A stretch of DNA of 45,104 nt from Flavobacteriaceae bacterium (GCA_023263685.1 JALQVM010000002.1:1-45104); one strand, 5' to 3'; shown: positions 1-10,025, counted from the stretch's first letter. Numbers and translations: made by a program. Notes: generated by a model not told the origin, from the sequence alone.

Positions 1-453
1 ATCCCTTTTGAAATTAATTTTTGGGTATGCTCCCAATCTACATTGGCATCACGATAATTATTATCGGTTTTAATAAAATTTCTAACATCAATCCAGTTGT
101 TTTTTAATCCTTTTTCATTGAAATAATGACTCACTATAGCAGTAGAAACAATTTCTCCAAAACTGATCACTTGATCATATACAAAGTTATAATTTGGTGA
201 TTTATTACTTCTTAAAAAATATTCTAAATCGGCAAAATGACCGTTTACCACGAAAAAGACTTCATGCTCTTCATCTTCAAACAAGTCAAGTAAAATTTGT
301 TTCGTCAAAAAATAGCGTTCCTCCTCCTTCGATATCCCAATGGCCTAAAATGGTTTCTGGAAAAATCAAGTCGCCGTTCGGCTCCTTGGCTGTACAGCCC
401 AAGCAAACGATACCTAAAAAAAACAGCAGTGATGAAAAACAAAAATAGCGCAT
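1..453 (-). pseudogene. possible frameshifted or mis-assembled lipoprotein gene; its 3' end runs off the window
   Basis: A minus-strand ATG at 453 opens a 55-codon ORF, MRYFCFSSLLFFLGIVCLGCTAKEP..., with a signal peptide and an LGC lipobox. It stops at 286-288. A different minus frame is stop-free from 344 to the window edge (about 114 codons) and has no ATG. The two frames overlap across an A6/T6 run at 307-312. Confidence 0.4.
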
Positions 454-535
454 TACTTTGTGTTATTTTTTCGCATGATAAACCAAAAACAATGCCAACC
501 CGAGGCGGTTTTTAATCTAAAATCTTAGGCCAAAT

Positions 536-1855
536 TTATTCCAAATGAGAAGCTTTGGACCCTACCAGCAAGAGCTTTGTTTGTCTACCGTTGACGTAGC
601 GAAATCCTTCTTTGCCATAAAATCCGGGTTCTTCAAGCATGATTCGAATGTCTTTTTCCCAGGCGGACAAGTATACAGTTGCATTCAGTTCAATCGCATA
701 GACCGTATCTTCATACAAGGGGTGGTCTCCAGAACCGGGGATACCTTCTTGGGCATCCCACATGCCAAAGGTGGTCCCTGCTGAATGTCCGAAAAGTCCT
801 AGGGGATGGGTGTATATTTGTGGCCGTAAGCCGGCTGCTTTACTGTCTGCAATCGCCATTCGAAGGCTTTCATTCCCTGTGCTACCCGTTTTAAAATTTG
901 TGGTTAAATAATCCTGAACCGCATTGCCCTTCTTTAAGGCCTCTTTTAAAAAATCAGGGGCGTCCGTTTCCTCGGGTTTTAAAACATAGGCCAGTTCTTG
1001 ACAGTCCGTGTTGAGGGTTAGATACGTGATTCCAAAATCACAATGCAATAAATCTCCCGGAAGTATAACATCGTATTTAGATTTGCCGTCAAAGGCATAC
1101 AAATCACTTTTCCCGGACCGTTGAACATCTACCGTAGGGTGAAACCAAGTGTCCAATCCAAGCGAAACTACTTTTTCTCTCAACCACCAGACTACGTCCT
1201 CTGTGGTGGTTACGCCAGCTGTGATCACTTGTGTTGAAAATGCTTCTGCTATAATGTTGTGCGTGATTTCAGTCAATTGACCGAACAATGTCATCTCTCT
1301 AGGGGTTCGAGTTTCAATCCATCGAACCGCCAGTGTCTCTGCCGAAACAACGCGGTTTTGAAGACGTTTGGGCAAGGCGTTCATCATACCGTCATAGTCT
1401 GTTTTTACCAGACCGTCGGCCAAGCCATAATGTTCTGAAATGTTGACTCCTATGCGGTTTGGATTTTGGGATTGGATATAGTCTGCCAGTGCCTTCCATT
1501 GGTTGGGTTCTTCTTCTTTGTTCCAAATGGAACGGATGTTTTTCCCAAAATTATAACGGGTTATGGCTACTGCATCCATCCCTGCTTTTGTTTTTGAAAA
1601 AACCACTATCGTTCTTCGTCTGGCATTGAGCCATGTAGGGGGTAAAAGTGTTTTGACTACAGGATCTTCATTGTACTCACGTGTAATCAGTACCCATAGG
1701 TCAATGTTTTGTTCTTGCATCAATTTTGGGAGTAGCTTTTCAATGCGTTCTTTTTGAATTTCATAGATCAAAGCCGCCCGTTCGCGAAGGGGTAAAATCT
1801 GTTGCCCAAAGAGAGAAGTTGAAAGCAGACAGCACAATAAAATGTATTTTTTCAT
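536..1855 (-). CDS. secreted M24-family metallopeptidase (Xaa-Pro aminopeptidase-like)
   Basis: 439-aa ORF with an N-terminal signal peptide (MKKYILLCCLLSTSLFGQQ). The C-terminal pita-bread fold motifs are recognisable (LLHCDFGITY, GLFGHSAG, YAIELN, MLEEP). Confidence 0.8.
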   Translation of the reverse strand: MKKYILLCCLLSTSLFGQQILPLRERAALIYEIQKERIEKLLPKLMQEQNIDLWVLITREYNEDPVVKTLLPPTWLNARRRTIVVFSKTKAGMDAVAITRYNFGKNIRSIWNKEEEPNQWKALADYIQSQNPNRIGVNISEHYGLADGLVKTDYDGMMNALPKRLQNRVVSAETLAVRWIETRTPREMTLFGQLTEITHNIIAEAFSTQVITAGVTTTEDVVWWLREKVVSLGLDTWFHPTVDVQRSGKSDLYAFDGKSKYDVILPGDLLHCDFGITYLTLNTDCQELAYVLKPEETDAPDFLKEALKKGNAVQDYLTTNFKTGSTGNESLRMAIADSKAAGLRPQIYTHPLGLFGHSAGTTFGMWDAQEGIPGSGDHPLYEDTVYAIELNATVYLSAWEKDIRIMLEEPGFYGKEGFRYVNGRQTKLLLVGSKASHLE

Positions 1856-1951
1856 AGCAGTTATTCTGTATTTTAAACTTACAAAAAATTGTTAATAATG
1901 CAGTGAATTGCGGCTTGGAAGCAAAAAGAAGAAACTGTACATTAGCCAAAA

Positions 1952-2968
1952 ATGAGAGTCATGGCTGATGAGAAAAATGCAAAATTGAAAGCGCTACAAC
2001 TTACCTTAGATAAGTTGGATAAAACCTACGGCAAAGGCGCTGTGATGAAATTGGGAGATGAAGCGGTAGAAGAAGTGGAGGCAATTCCCTCCGGTTCCAT
2101 CGGTTTAGACATTGCTTTAGGTGTTGGCGGATACCCCCGCGGTCGAGTCATTGAAATCTACGGTCCTGAGTCCTCTGGTAAAACTACTTTAACCTTACAC
2201 GCCATTGCAGAATGCCAAAAACAAGGAGGCATCGCTGCTTTTATTGATGCAGAGCATGCTTTTGACCGTTTTTATGCTGAAAAATTGGGCGTGGACGTAG
2301 GCGAGCTCATCATTTCACAACCCGATCACGGTGAACAAGCCCTTGAGATTGCCGACAACCTCATCCGGTCAGGTGCTATTGACATAGTGGTGATCGACTC
2401 TGTGGCTGCGCTTACTCCCAAAAGCGAAATTGAAGGAGAAATGGGAGATTCTAAAATGGGACTTCACGCCCGTTTGATGTCACAGGCCCTCCGAAAATTA
2501 ACTGCTTCCATAAGTAAAACAAATTGTACCGTTTTCTTTATCAACCAATTGAGAGAAAAGATTGGGGTAATGTTTGGTAATCCAGAAACCACCACTGGGG
2601 GAAATGCGTTAAAATTTTACGCCTCTGTGCGTTTAGATATTCGTCGCTCCACACAAATTAAAAGTACGGAGTCTGAAGTTTTAGGAAATAAAACTCGAGT
2701 TAAAGTGGTTAAAAATAAAGTAGCTCCACCCTTCCGAACCACCGAATTTGACATCATGTATGGAGAAGGGATTTCTAAAATTGGTGAAATAATCGACTTG
2801 GGAGTCAACTACGAAATCATCAAAAAAAGTGGCTCCTGGTTTAGCTATGGAGACACCAAAATTGGTCAGGGTCGAGATGCGGTAAAAAATTTACTGCTAG
2901 ACAATCCTGAATTGATGGAAGAATTGGAACAAAAAATTATGGAAACGCTCAAAGCAGTGACTCACTAA
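1952..2968 (+). CDS. recA: recombinase RecA
   Basis: Walker [18 protein letters not shown] and [34 protein letters not shown] are unmistakable RecA motifs. An alternative start lies at 1961 (MADEKN). Confidence 0.97.
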   Translation: MRVMADEKNAKLKALQLTLDKLDKTYGKGAVMKLGDEAVEEVEAIPSGSIGLDIALGVGGYPRGRVIEIYGPESSGKTTLTLHAIAECQKQGGIAAFIDAEHAFDRFYAEKLGVDVGELIISQPDHGEQALEIADNLIRSGAIDIVVIDSVAALTPKSEIEGEMGDSKMGLHARLMSQALRKLTASISKTNCTVFFINQLREKIGVMFGNPETTTGGNALKFYASVRLDIRRSTQIKSTESEVLGNKTRVKVVKNKVAPPFRTTEFDIMYGEGISKIGEIIDLGVNYEIIKKSGSWFSYGDTKIGQGRDAVKNLLLDNPELMEELEQKIMETLKAVTH

Positions 2969-3738
2969 GCCGTTTTCTTTTTCCAAACCTCGATGGCTTC
3001 CATCGCTTTTCCTTGAGGGTCCTTTTCCAACGTTGTTTTTATCTGCTGGTGTAATTCCATTTGCAAGGCCTCTGTGCTTTTAGACAAAACTCCTTCAACT
3101 GGGATGATTTGTAAGGCTTTTACACGTAAACTGCCCGGATAGCCGTGCGTGGTATACCAGGGAAATTTGCGTTTACAATCTAAAAAAACGAGGGGTAAAA
3201 TGGGAAGCTTATGTTTTGCCGCTAGTTTAAAAGCCCCTTTTTTAAAAGGGTTGAGGAGGAGTGTTTCATCCAAATACTCCTTTTCAGGAAATATACAGAC
3301 ACTATACCCTTTTTGGATTACTTTTTCTGCCCGTTCATAAACTCCAAAACGACTAGAGGAAGAGGAACGGTCCACCATAATGGCCGCTCTTTTGTATAGG
3401 TAGCCAAAAATGGGAATTTTGACCAATTCCTTTTTTCCTACAAAAACAAATGGGGTTTTTTGCATTCGCAACATCAGCATAATGTCTATGTAACTGCTGT
3501 GGTTGGCTATTAGCATGTAATTTTTACGGTCCTTTGGAAACGCATTGACCCGTTTAACCCAAAACCCCGTTCCCAAAAGAACAAAAGGAGCCCATATATT
3601 GCGTGCCACCCAGAAAACATAGCGGTATCCGTTTGGCAATAAAAGCAGCAGTGCTAAAGGAAAAAAAAGCAGCACCACGGGTAAGGCCGCTAGTGTATAA
3701 AACCAAATTCGCCATAAAATTAAAAGGAGCCTACTCAC
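2965..3738 (-). CDS. 1-acyl-sn-glycerol-3-phosphate acyltransferase family (PlsC-like) membrane protein
   Basis: HX4D acyltransferase motif NHSSYID, a later FPEKE block, and an N-terminal TM segment. The start is GTG at 3738. Confidence 0.8.
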   Translation of the reverse strand: MSRLLLILWRIWFYTLAALPVVLLFFPLALLLLLPNGYRYVFWVARNIWAPFVLLGTGFWVKRVNAFPKDRKNYMLIANHSSYIDIMLMLRMQKTPFVFVGKKELVKIPIFGYLYKRAAIMVDRSSSSSRFGVYERAEKVIQKGYSVCIFPEKEYLDETLLLNPFKKGAFKLAAKHKLPILPLVFLDCKRKFPWYTTHGYPGSLRVKALQIIPVEGVLSKSTEALQMELHQQIKTTLEKDPQGKAMEAIEVWKKKTA

Positions 3739-3742
3739 CTAA

Positions 3743-3750
3743 CAAATATA
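3743..3750 (-). promoter_or_regulatory. Bacteroidota -7 promoter box TATATTTG upstream of the plsC-like gene
   Basis: Exact TAnnTTTG match on the minus strand, but only 4 nt from the GTG start, so either the mRNA is leaderless or this box is coincidental. Confidence 0.3.
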
Positions 3751-3836
3751 TTCATTTCAACCGGTACCGATTAAAAATAAGGTACAGCAGTTGCGCTCCA
3801 CTCTCAGGAAGCTTACCTTTGCCGAAAATAGTTTCA

Positions 3837-4805
3837 ATGGCTAGAATATTAACCGGGGTACAATCTACAGGGACGCCCCATTTGGGAAATTTGTTGGGCG
3901 CTGTACTTCCCGCAATCGAACTGTCAAAAGCCAGTCAAGACGATTCCTTCTTATTTATCGCTGACTTACACTCTTTAACCCAAATTAAAAATGGGGAACT
4001 GCTTAGAGAAAACACCTTTGCCACAGCAGCAACCTGGCTAGCTTGTGGTCTGGATATTGAAAAAACTCACTTTTATCGTCAGAGCGATGTGAGTGAAGTT
4101 ACCGAATTGGCGTGGTACCTCAATTGTTTTTTTCCTTACCAAAGACTCACCTTAGCCCATTCCTTTAAAGACAAGTCAGAGCAATTGTCTGACATTAATG
4201 CAGGACTTTTTTCGTATCCCATGCTCATGGCTGCAGACATTTTGTTGTATGATGCTGAAATAGTCCCGGTAGGAAAAGATCAACTGCAGCATTTAGAAAT
4301 TACACGTGATGTTGCTTCTCGGTTCAACCACCAAATGGGCGAGACTTTTGTCATTCCTCAGGCAGAAATTCAGAAGCATACCCAGTACATTCCGGGAACT
4401 GATGGTCAAAAAATGAGTAAATCGAGGAACAATACCATCAATGTGTTTTTACCCGAGAAAAAGCTACGCAAACAAATCATGGGTATACAAACAGACAGCA
4501 CGCCTTTAGAAGACCCCAAAGATCCAGAAAACTGTACTGTTTTTGCGCTTTATCAATTACTTGCGCCCGCTTCGTCCGTCCAGGCATTACGTGAAAAATA
4601 TCTTGCCGGAGGAATGGGTTACGGTTATGCCAAACAACAGCTTTTTGAATTCCTTATGGAGCGTTTTGAAAAAGAACGCGCTCAGTTTGAATACTACTAT
4701 CAGCATCCCGAAGAAGTTCATATCGCACTTGCTAAAGGAGCTGAAAAAGCTCGAAAAGTAGCACATCAAGTCTTGTTGAGAGTCCGAGACAAGGTGGGCT
4801 ATTAA
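3837..4805 (+). CDS. trpS: tryptophan--tRNA ligase
   Basis: Class I aaRS motifs TPHLGN (HIGH-like) and KMSKS. The 322-aa length from the ATG at 3837 (MARILTGVQSTG) fits the family. The ORF-track extension back to 3603 overlaps the plsC-like gene and is rejected. Confidence 0.95.
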   Translation: MARILTGVQSTGTPHLGNLLGAVLPAIELSKASQDDSFLFIADLHSLTQIKNGELLRENTFATAATWLACGLDIEKTHFYRQSDVSEVTELAWYLNCFFPYQRLTLAHSFKDKSEQLSDINAGLFSYPMLMAADILLYDAEIVPVGKDQLQHLEITRDVASRFNHQMGETFVIPQAEIQKHTQYIPGTDGQKMSKSRNNTINVFLPEKKLRKQIMGIQTDSTPLEDPKDPENCTVFALYQLLAPASSVQALREKYLAGGMGYGYAKQQLFEFLMERFEKERAQFEYYYQHPEEVHIALAKGAEKARKVAHQVLLRVRDKVGY

Positions 4806-5902
4806 ATCCATTCAAATTGCTTGCCCGGTAAGGCGCGAATGAGGCCTTTCATTTCCATTTGTATTAATTGTGCTGCAGTAACGCTTATTTTCCATCCCAA
4901 TGCCATAGCCAGCTCATCCAAGGGGGCCTTTGTTCGTTGGGACAATACGTCATAAAGCTTTTGCTCATTTTCATCTAATTCATAAAATAGCGTCTTTTGA
5001 ATGCTGGAGTTTAAAGGGCTGTCGCGCTTCCAAGCTAAGGCGTCGATCAGCTGCTCGGGATCCGTAAGCAGTTGTGCCTTTTGCTGCAGTATGAGTTGAT
5101 GACAGCCTTCGCTTTTGGCGTCGGTGGGACGCCCAGGTACGGCAAAAAGTTCCCTGCCGTAATGGTGTGCTAAATTTGCCGTATTCATACTGCCTCCTGA
5201 GACTCCCGATTCAATGACTACTGTCGCATGTGCCATCCCTGCAATGATTCGGTTTCGTTGGGGGAAATTTTCTCTTCTAAATACAGCATTCGGAAGAAAA
5301 TCGGTCATTAAACACCCCTGCTCACGAATGGGTTGTACAAATTTTCTGTGTTCAGGAGGATAAATACGTTCAAAACCATGAGCCAAACAAGCCACCGTTT
5401 GCAAGCCTTGCTCTAATGCTTTTTGATGGGCTATGATATCAATTCCCCTAGCCATCCCAGAACAAATGATCGGGTTGTAGGGTTGAAGGCTTTTAACCAG
5501 TGCTTCACAAAAAGCTTTTCCTTGGGGAGTATGTTGTCTCGTTCCTACAATGCTGAGGATCTTTCTGTTCTGAAAGTCAAGCGCTCCTTGACAAAACAGC
5601 ACCAAGGGAGCATCCGCACAAAACGAAAGCGGTTTGGGATAAGCTTTAGTGCCAAAAATTAGGGGTTGAAGCGCATAACGCTCAAGGGTTTCAAGACTTA
5701 CTTGGACGTTGCTGCGATAGGTTTTCCACTGAGCAATTGCAATACAAAGCTGTTCGCCTATACCCTCTACTTCGATCCACTCTCTACTGGAAGCTGCGAA
5801 TACAGCTTCGGCTGAACCAAAATGAGAAATCAAACGAACCGCACGATAGGCTCCCAATCCGGGAATCGATTGAAGGAGTAGACAAGCTTCTAAAGGGGTC
5901 AT
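4802..5902 (-). CDS. dprA: DNA-processing protein DprA (Smf)
   Basis: 366 aa with the GMARGID motif, a Rossmann-like DprA core, and a C-terminal winged-helix-like tail. Confidence 0.9.
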   Translation of the reverse strand: MTPLEACLLLQSIPGLGAYRAVRLISHFGSAEAVFAASSREWIEVEGIGEQLCIAIAQWKTYRSNVQVSLETLERYALQPLIFGTKAYPKPLSFCADAPLVLFCQGALDFQNRKILSIVGTRQHTPQGKAFCEALVKSLQPYNPIICSGMARGIDIIAHQKALEQGLQTVACLAHGFERIYPPEHRKFVQPIREQGCLMTDFLPNAVFRRENFPQRNRIIAGMAHATVVIESGVSGGSMNTANLAHHYGRELFAVPGRPTDAKSEGCHQLILQQKAQLLTDPEQLIDALAWKRDSPLNSSIQKTLFYELDENEQKLYDVLSQRTKAPLDELAMALGWKISVTAAQLIQMEMKGLIRALPGKQFEWI

Positions 5903-5975
5903 GACTTGGGGTTTACCAACGAAGATACAAATCCTGAAATTGATTTCGCAAGTGAAAAATATGACATTATTTTAC

Positions 5976-5983
5976 TACTTTTG
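5976..5983 (+). promoter_or_regulatory. Bacteroidota -7 promoter box TACTTTTG for the SPOR-domain gene
   Basis: Exact TAnnTTTG match, 6 nt upstream of the ATG at 5990. Confidence 0.5.
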
Positions 5984-5989
5984 ATTGAT

Positions 5990-6940
5990 ATGCAACTTAC
6001 CCGCTACATACAAGAATTGCTTTACCAACACGAATGTGTAACCGTTCCCTATTTTGGTGCTTTTCTTACGCGCTCCTATGAGGCTCATGTCAGCGTGAAT
6101 GGCTATTTTTCACCTCCTCGAAAAGAGGTCAATTTCAATCAATTATTGACTGCTAATGACGGCGTTTTAGCGCATTATTTTGCGCAAAAAGAAGGCCTAT
6201 CTTATGAACATGCCTTGCGTTTGATAGAAAAAGAAGTGAGTAGCTGGAAGCGTCGCCTGCAAACTCAAACACTTCGTTTCTCAGGCGTAGGAGAGCTTCG
6301 CCTGAACAAAGAACGAAAAATCGAATTCCTCCCTTGGGGGAAAGTCAATTTTGACCTCAATTCCTTTGGATTATCTTCTTTCCAAAAGAACCCTTTAATT
6401 AAAACCACAATACTGAATAGTATGGAAAATTCAACCAAAGAAGATTTGATGTTTACCCCAGAAAAAAAGAAATCTGCATCCAAAAAATCTCCCCTTTTAC
6501 GTTATGCGGCTATCGGCATCATTGGTGTTGCTTTACTTTCTGCTGCCTATTATTTTAGCGATCAATACGTTACCCAAGAGCGAATTCTCGCTCAGGAAAA
6601 AGCACAACAAAAAATTGAAAAGAATGTACAGGAAGCCACTTTTGATCTCGGTACACTGAACACGATCGAGGTAACGGTTGATGCTACACCGGCAGTAGTG
6701 CCTCCCGACCAAGTCTATTACAGCGTTATTGCAGGCTCTTTTCGTTCTCTTGATAACGCAGAAAAAAAAGTACGTCAGCTTATCGATGAAGGCTATCCTG
6801 CTGCACTTGCAGCGGTGAATCCAAATGGGCTTTACCGTGTAGCCTACGGAAGGTATGATTCCAAAAAAGAAGCCATTAACATGCTGTACTTTTTAAAGTA
6901 TACTTTAGAAGAGGACGCCTGGTACTTAGAAGAAAAATAG
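5990..6940 (+). CDS. SPOR-domain protein with an N-terminal HU/CCDC81-like domain and a central TM segment
   Basis: The N-terminus MQLTRYIQELLYQHECVTVPYFGAF is typical of this Bacteroidota family. The C-terminal SPOR-like repeat is YYSVIAGSF...YRVAYGRYDSKKEA. The ATG at 5990 is preferred over the TTG at 5906 because of the -7 box at 5976-5983. Confidence 0.8.
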   Translation: MQLTRYIQELLYQHECVTVPYFGAFLTRSYEAHVSVNGYFSPPRKEVNFNQLLTANDGVLAHYFAQKEGLSYEHALRLIEKEVSSWKRRLQTQTLRFSGVGELRLNKERKIEFLPWGKVNFDLNSFGLSSFQKNPLIKTTILNSMENSTKEDLMFTPEKKKSASKKSPLLRYAAIGIIGVALLSAAYYFSDQYVTQERILAQEKAQQKIEKNVQEATFDLGTLNTIEVTVDATPAVVPPDQVYYSVIAGSFRSLDNAEKKVRQLIDEGYPAALAAVNPNGLYRVAYGRYDSKKEAINMLYFLKYTLEEDAWYLEEK

Positions 6941-6941
6941 T

Positions 6942-8159
6942 TTACATCTGATAAATCCATCCTTTCGGATTGAGCACTTTGACGTTGTTGAAAATACTAA
7001 ACTGGATTTCTGTTTTTCCAGTTTGTTGATTGGTAAAGACTTCGCCTATGGCTTCTTTGGACTTGACCTTATCTCCTTTCTTAACGTAGAGTTTGCCAAG
7101 GTTTTTATACACAGTGATGTAATTTCCGTGCCGGATTAATACCGAGGGATTACTTCCTTTAAAGGTAACTACAGACATGACTTCCCCTTCAAAAACTGCC
7201 CTTACCTGAGAGGCAGGAGCTGTTGCGATGGTCACCCCATTGCTTTGAATGGTCGTGGTTTTTACTACAGGATGCCTTTGGCGCCCAAATCCTTGTACGA
7301 CGATTCCTTTCTCTAAAGGCCAGGGCAACCGCCCTTTGTTCGCTTCAAAATTTGCCGCAATAAGCCTTGCTTCTGGAGTCAATTCAAATGTATTCTTTGC
7401 CGTTTTACCTGCCGCTTTATTCGAAGCTGCAATGGCTTCTCTAATCAAACGATCGATTTCTTGATCAATCGCTCGGGCTTCTTTTTCTTTTTTAGAAATC
7501 TGAGTCGCTAAACTGCGCTCTTTGCGCTTTAAACTTTGTATCAAGTTTTCTTGATCTTTGCGTTCTTTTTTAAGTTGCTCTTGTACTGCTTTGTTTTCCT
7601 TGACTAAAACAACTTTTTTAGATTTTTCTTCTATAAGTGTTTTGTTTAATTCCTGTAAAAGTTGTGTTTTTTCTGCGATGGCTACTCCCTGCTTTCTTCG
7701 GTACTGGGTGTATTGTTTTAAATATTGTATTCTCTTGTAGGCTTGCAAAAAGCTTTCTGAAGAAAATAAAAACATCAGCCGGTTCTGAAGGGATTTGCTG
7801 GCATAGGAATTGCGAATCATTTTGGCGTAGTCCTCTTTCAAAGTTTCCAATTCTTTTCGCTGCTCCGTTATGTTCCTTTCGTTAAGGGTTATTTTTCGCG
7901 TCAATAAATTTACTTGCGCATTCGTCACTTTAATCAACTCTTCTCTTACGCTGAGTTTGACTTGTAAATCCTCAACTTCTGTTACCACATTCTTGCGTGT
8001 TTTTTTGCTTGAAAAGAGCAACTCATTGATTTGCTTGATTTCATTATTCAGTCGTATGCGTTGAGCCTCAAGCTCTTGCTGACGTTTTGTAGTAGATTGA
8101 CTATATGCCATTCCCACCCCGATCCAAAAAAGCACCAAGAAGAGAAGTCTGCGGTTCAT
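6942..8159 (-). CDS. EnvC-like murein hydrolase activator (coiled coil plus degenerate LytM/M23 domain)
   Basis: Signal peptide, then a long heptad-rich Q/E/K region, then a C-terminal M23 fold. The Zn ligands are lost: SNGVT replaces HxGxD and EIQFS replaces HLHFE. Confidence 0.75.
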   Translation of the reverse strand: MNRRLLFLVLFWIGVGMAYSQSTTKRQQELEAQRIRLNNEIKQINELLFSSKKTRKNVVTEVEDLQVKLSVREELIKVTNAQVNLLTRKITLNERNITEQRKELETLKEDYAKMIRNSYASKSLQNRLMFLFSSESFLQAYKRIQYLKQYTQYRRKQGVAIAEKTQLLQELNKTLIEEKSKKVVLVKENKAVQEQLKKERKDQENLIQSLKRKERSLATQISKKEKEARAIDQEIDRLIREAIAASNKAAGKTAKNTFELTPEARLIAANFEANKGRLPWPLEKGIVVQGFGRQRHPVVKTTTIQSNGVTIATAPASQVRAVFEGEVMSVVTFKGSNPSVLIRHGNYITVYKNLGKLYVKKGDKVKSKEAIGEVFTNQQTGKTEIQFSIFNNVKVLNPKGWIYQM

Positions 8160-8941
8160 TCAAGTGAAATTTGCTTATAGCCTTGTGGAATTTCAAAAGG
8201 AAAACTGAGGGTACTGGGCAATTCCGTACGAGTAAATTCGAGTGTTAGCTGTTGTAAATTCCCCCCATCGGACAGCGTAATTTCAATTTGTTGGGGTATG
8301 TACTCTCCTTGAATTCGCTGGTGGTTGGTATAGCGTATGGAAAGATTTTGAAGAGAGCCCGGAATCAAGAAACGCTGTTCTTTTAACAAAAAAGTAGTGG
8401 GGTCAAAAAACAAGGTAGGTTGAAGTCCCGCTTTATTTTTTTGAGGCAGCAGAATGTAATATTGTGGATTGGAAATTTGCTTCCATTTGCCTACATCGGG
8501 ATCTATAAAAGGTTTTCCCAACAGTATGTTTTCAACATCATTGTAGGAAAAAGAGGTCTTGAAGGGAGCATTTAGCAATTCAAAATTTCCCTCAAAATAG
8601 TTTTTTTGAAATTTTTCATAAAAAGAGACCCCCTCTTTGGTGATCAATATTTTTGCAATTGGAATGACCATGGAAGCACTCATCCAAACTGATTTTTGAG
8701 CTTCCATACGAAGTTGTACTACCAGTTGCTGTTGTCTTTTTCCGTCGTCATACACTGCACGTATTCGCGAACGAAGTCTGTTTACCTTGGGATAGTTCGC
8801 TTTGATTTTTGAAGCCAACGCGCCGACGTCTACATTTTTAACCGGGGTTTTGGTCGGCAAAACAGCAACCGTTTTACAGGCGGAAAGAGTGAAGAGTATC
8901 CCTACGGTCAGCAGCCCAAAAAACAGTATGCGTTTTATCAT
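8156..8941 (-). CDS. conserved outer-membrane-type lipoprotein (DUF4292-like from memory; LolB-like fold is inference)
   Basis: Signal peptide plus lipobox LSAC. There are 4-nt overlaps with both neighbouring genes. No catalytic motif was recognised. Confidence 0.6.
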   Translation of the reverse strand: MIKRILFFGLLTVGILFTLSACKTVAVLPTKTPVKNVDVGALASKIKANYPKVNRLRSRIRAVYDDGKRQQQLVVQLRMEAQKSVWMSASMVIPIAKILITKEGVSFYEKFQKNYFEGNFELLNAPFKTSFSYNDVENILLGKPFIDPDVGKWKQISNPQYYILLPQKNKAGLQPTLFFDPTTFLLKEQRFLIPGSLQNLSIRYTNHQRIQGEYIPQQIEITLSDGGNLQQLTLEFTRTELPSTLSFPFEIPQGYKQISLE

Positions 8942-9954
8942 TTTAGTTCAGCGTAATCTCCTATACTTACAAAGGTAGGGTTTCCGTTATAATGAACGTG
9001 GTTTCCTATCATCGCTTTTTCACAATTGACCGCATTCAATACCGTGTGATTTTGAATCAAACTGTGTTTTAAATTGGACTGGTGTATCTGTGTGCCTTCT
9101 CCTATACTCACCCCCGGACCCACCGTACTGTCTACAATGCGAACCCCTTTGCCTAGAAAGCAAGGCGGTATAATGGTACTGTTTTCTACGCTTGCGGTTG
9201 GGTCCATCAGGCTTTCTCCTTCTGCGTGCTTTAAGGCTAACATTTCGCTATTGGTCTCAAGTGTTGCTTGAGGGTTTCCGCAGTCCATCCAATTCGTAAC
9301 CGTTCCGGGTTTGAAAACGGCGCCTTCAGCCATCATTGCCAAAATGCCTTCGTTGATTTGATATTCTTTTCCCGCTTCTAATTTTTGGGAAACAACCGCA
9401 TCTAATGCCTTCCTTAATCGCTCTATTTGTTTAAAATAATAAATGCCAATAACCGCTAGATCCGAGACAAATTTTTGAGGTTTTTCTACAAGGTTTACTA
9501 TCTGGTTTTCTGTATTGAGCTGCACCACCCCAAAGGCCTCTGGCTGGGCTACTTGCTTTACCCAAATTACAGCATCCGCTTCTGGATCGAGTTTTAAATT
9601 GGCTCTGATCAGTGTGTCGGCATAGGCTACAACGGCAGGCCCCTCTAAAAGTGTTTTTGCACACATAATTGCATGTCCTGTTCCCAAAGGGCGGTCTTGT
9701 CTAAACAGATGCCCTTTGGCTCCTAGTTCCTCCGCTAGGCTAAGCAAGGATTGCTCAACCTCTTCTCCAAAAAAAGCAGGATCTCCTAAAATAAATCCAA
9801 TATCGGTAATCGGTTGGTCTACAACCTTAGCAATTTCACGGACCAGCTGATGAACTATAGGACTTCCTGCAACGGGAAGTAAGGGCTTGGGAACCGTTAA
9901 GCTATGGGGTCTTAGCCGAGAACCCCTACCCGCCATGGGTACAATTATTTTCAT
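8938..9954 (-). CDS. sugar-phosphate nucleotidyltransferase with a C-terminal left-handed beta-helix
   Basis: The N-terminus MKIIVPMAGRGSRLRP...PKPLLPV carries the G-x-G-x-R nucleotidyltransferase signature. The C-terminal hexapeptide-like repeats are IGEGTQI / IGNHVHY. Confidence 0.8.
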   Translation of the reverse strand: MKIIVPMAGRGSRLRPHSLTVPKPLLPVAGSPIVHQLVREIAKVVDQPITDIGFILGDPAFFGEEVEQSLLSLAEELGAKGHLFRQDRPLGTGHAIMCAKTLLEGPAVVAYADTLIRANLKLDPEADAVIWVKQVAQPEAFGVVQLNTENQIVNLVEKPQKFVSDLAVIGIYYFKQIERLRKALDAVVSQKLEAGKEYQINEGILAMMAEGAVFKPGTVTNWMDCGNPQATLETNSEMLALKHAEGESLMDPTASVENSTIIPPCFLGKGVRIVDSTVGPGVSIGEGTQIHQSNLKHSLIQNHTVLNAVNCEKAMIGNHVHYNGNPTFVSIGDYAELK

Positions 9955-10025
9955 GTAGTTAAAATTTATAGCATGTTAAAGATGATCCCATGCAACAGCA
10001 CGCTTTTGGGTTACTCGATGAAAAA

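Noticed and set aside
454-535. A possible terminator hairpin (AACC-CGAGGC-GGTT followed by a T-run) after the M24 peptidase gene.
   Set aside because: The stem is only 4 bp and the T-run is on the wrong strand for the peptidase transcript, so it is not supportable.
1856-1951. A possible SOS/LexA operator upstream of recA (a TGTACA-containing stretch near 1935).
   Set aside because: Only a 6-bp palindrome is present. It matches neither CTGT-N8-ACAG nor GAAC-N4-GTTC, and I know of no established Bacteroidota LexA box to compare against.
3603-3836. N-terminal extensions in the ORF track for trpS (3603), the SPOR protein (5906), pgk (33050), glnS (41583), the PaaE-like gene (22468) and the ABC-partner membrane protein (22493).
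   Set aside because: The extensions overlap neighbouring genes or contain the gene's own -7 promoter box. The downstream ATGs give canonical family lengths and N-termini.
3739-3836. T-box, riboswitch or leader elements upstream of the aaRS genes trpS, gltX and glnS, and of purD and folB.
   Set aside because: The spacers are only 56-98 nt and are largely occupied by divergent promoters. No conserved riboswitch cores were recognised.
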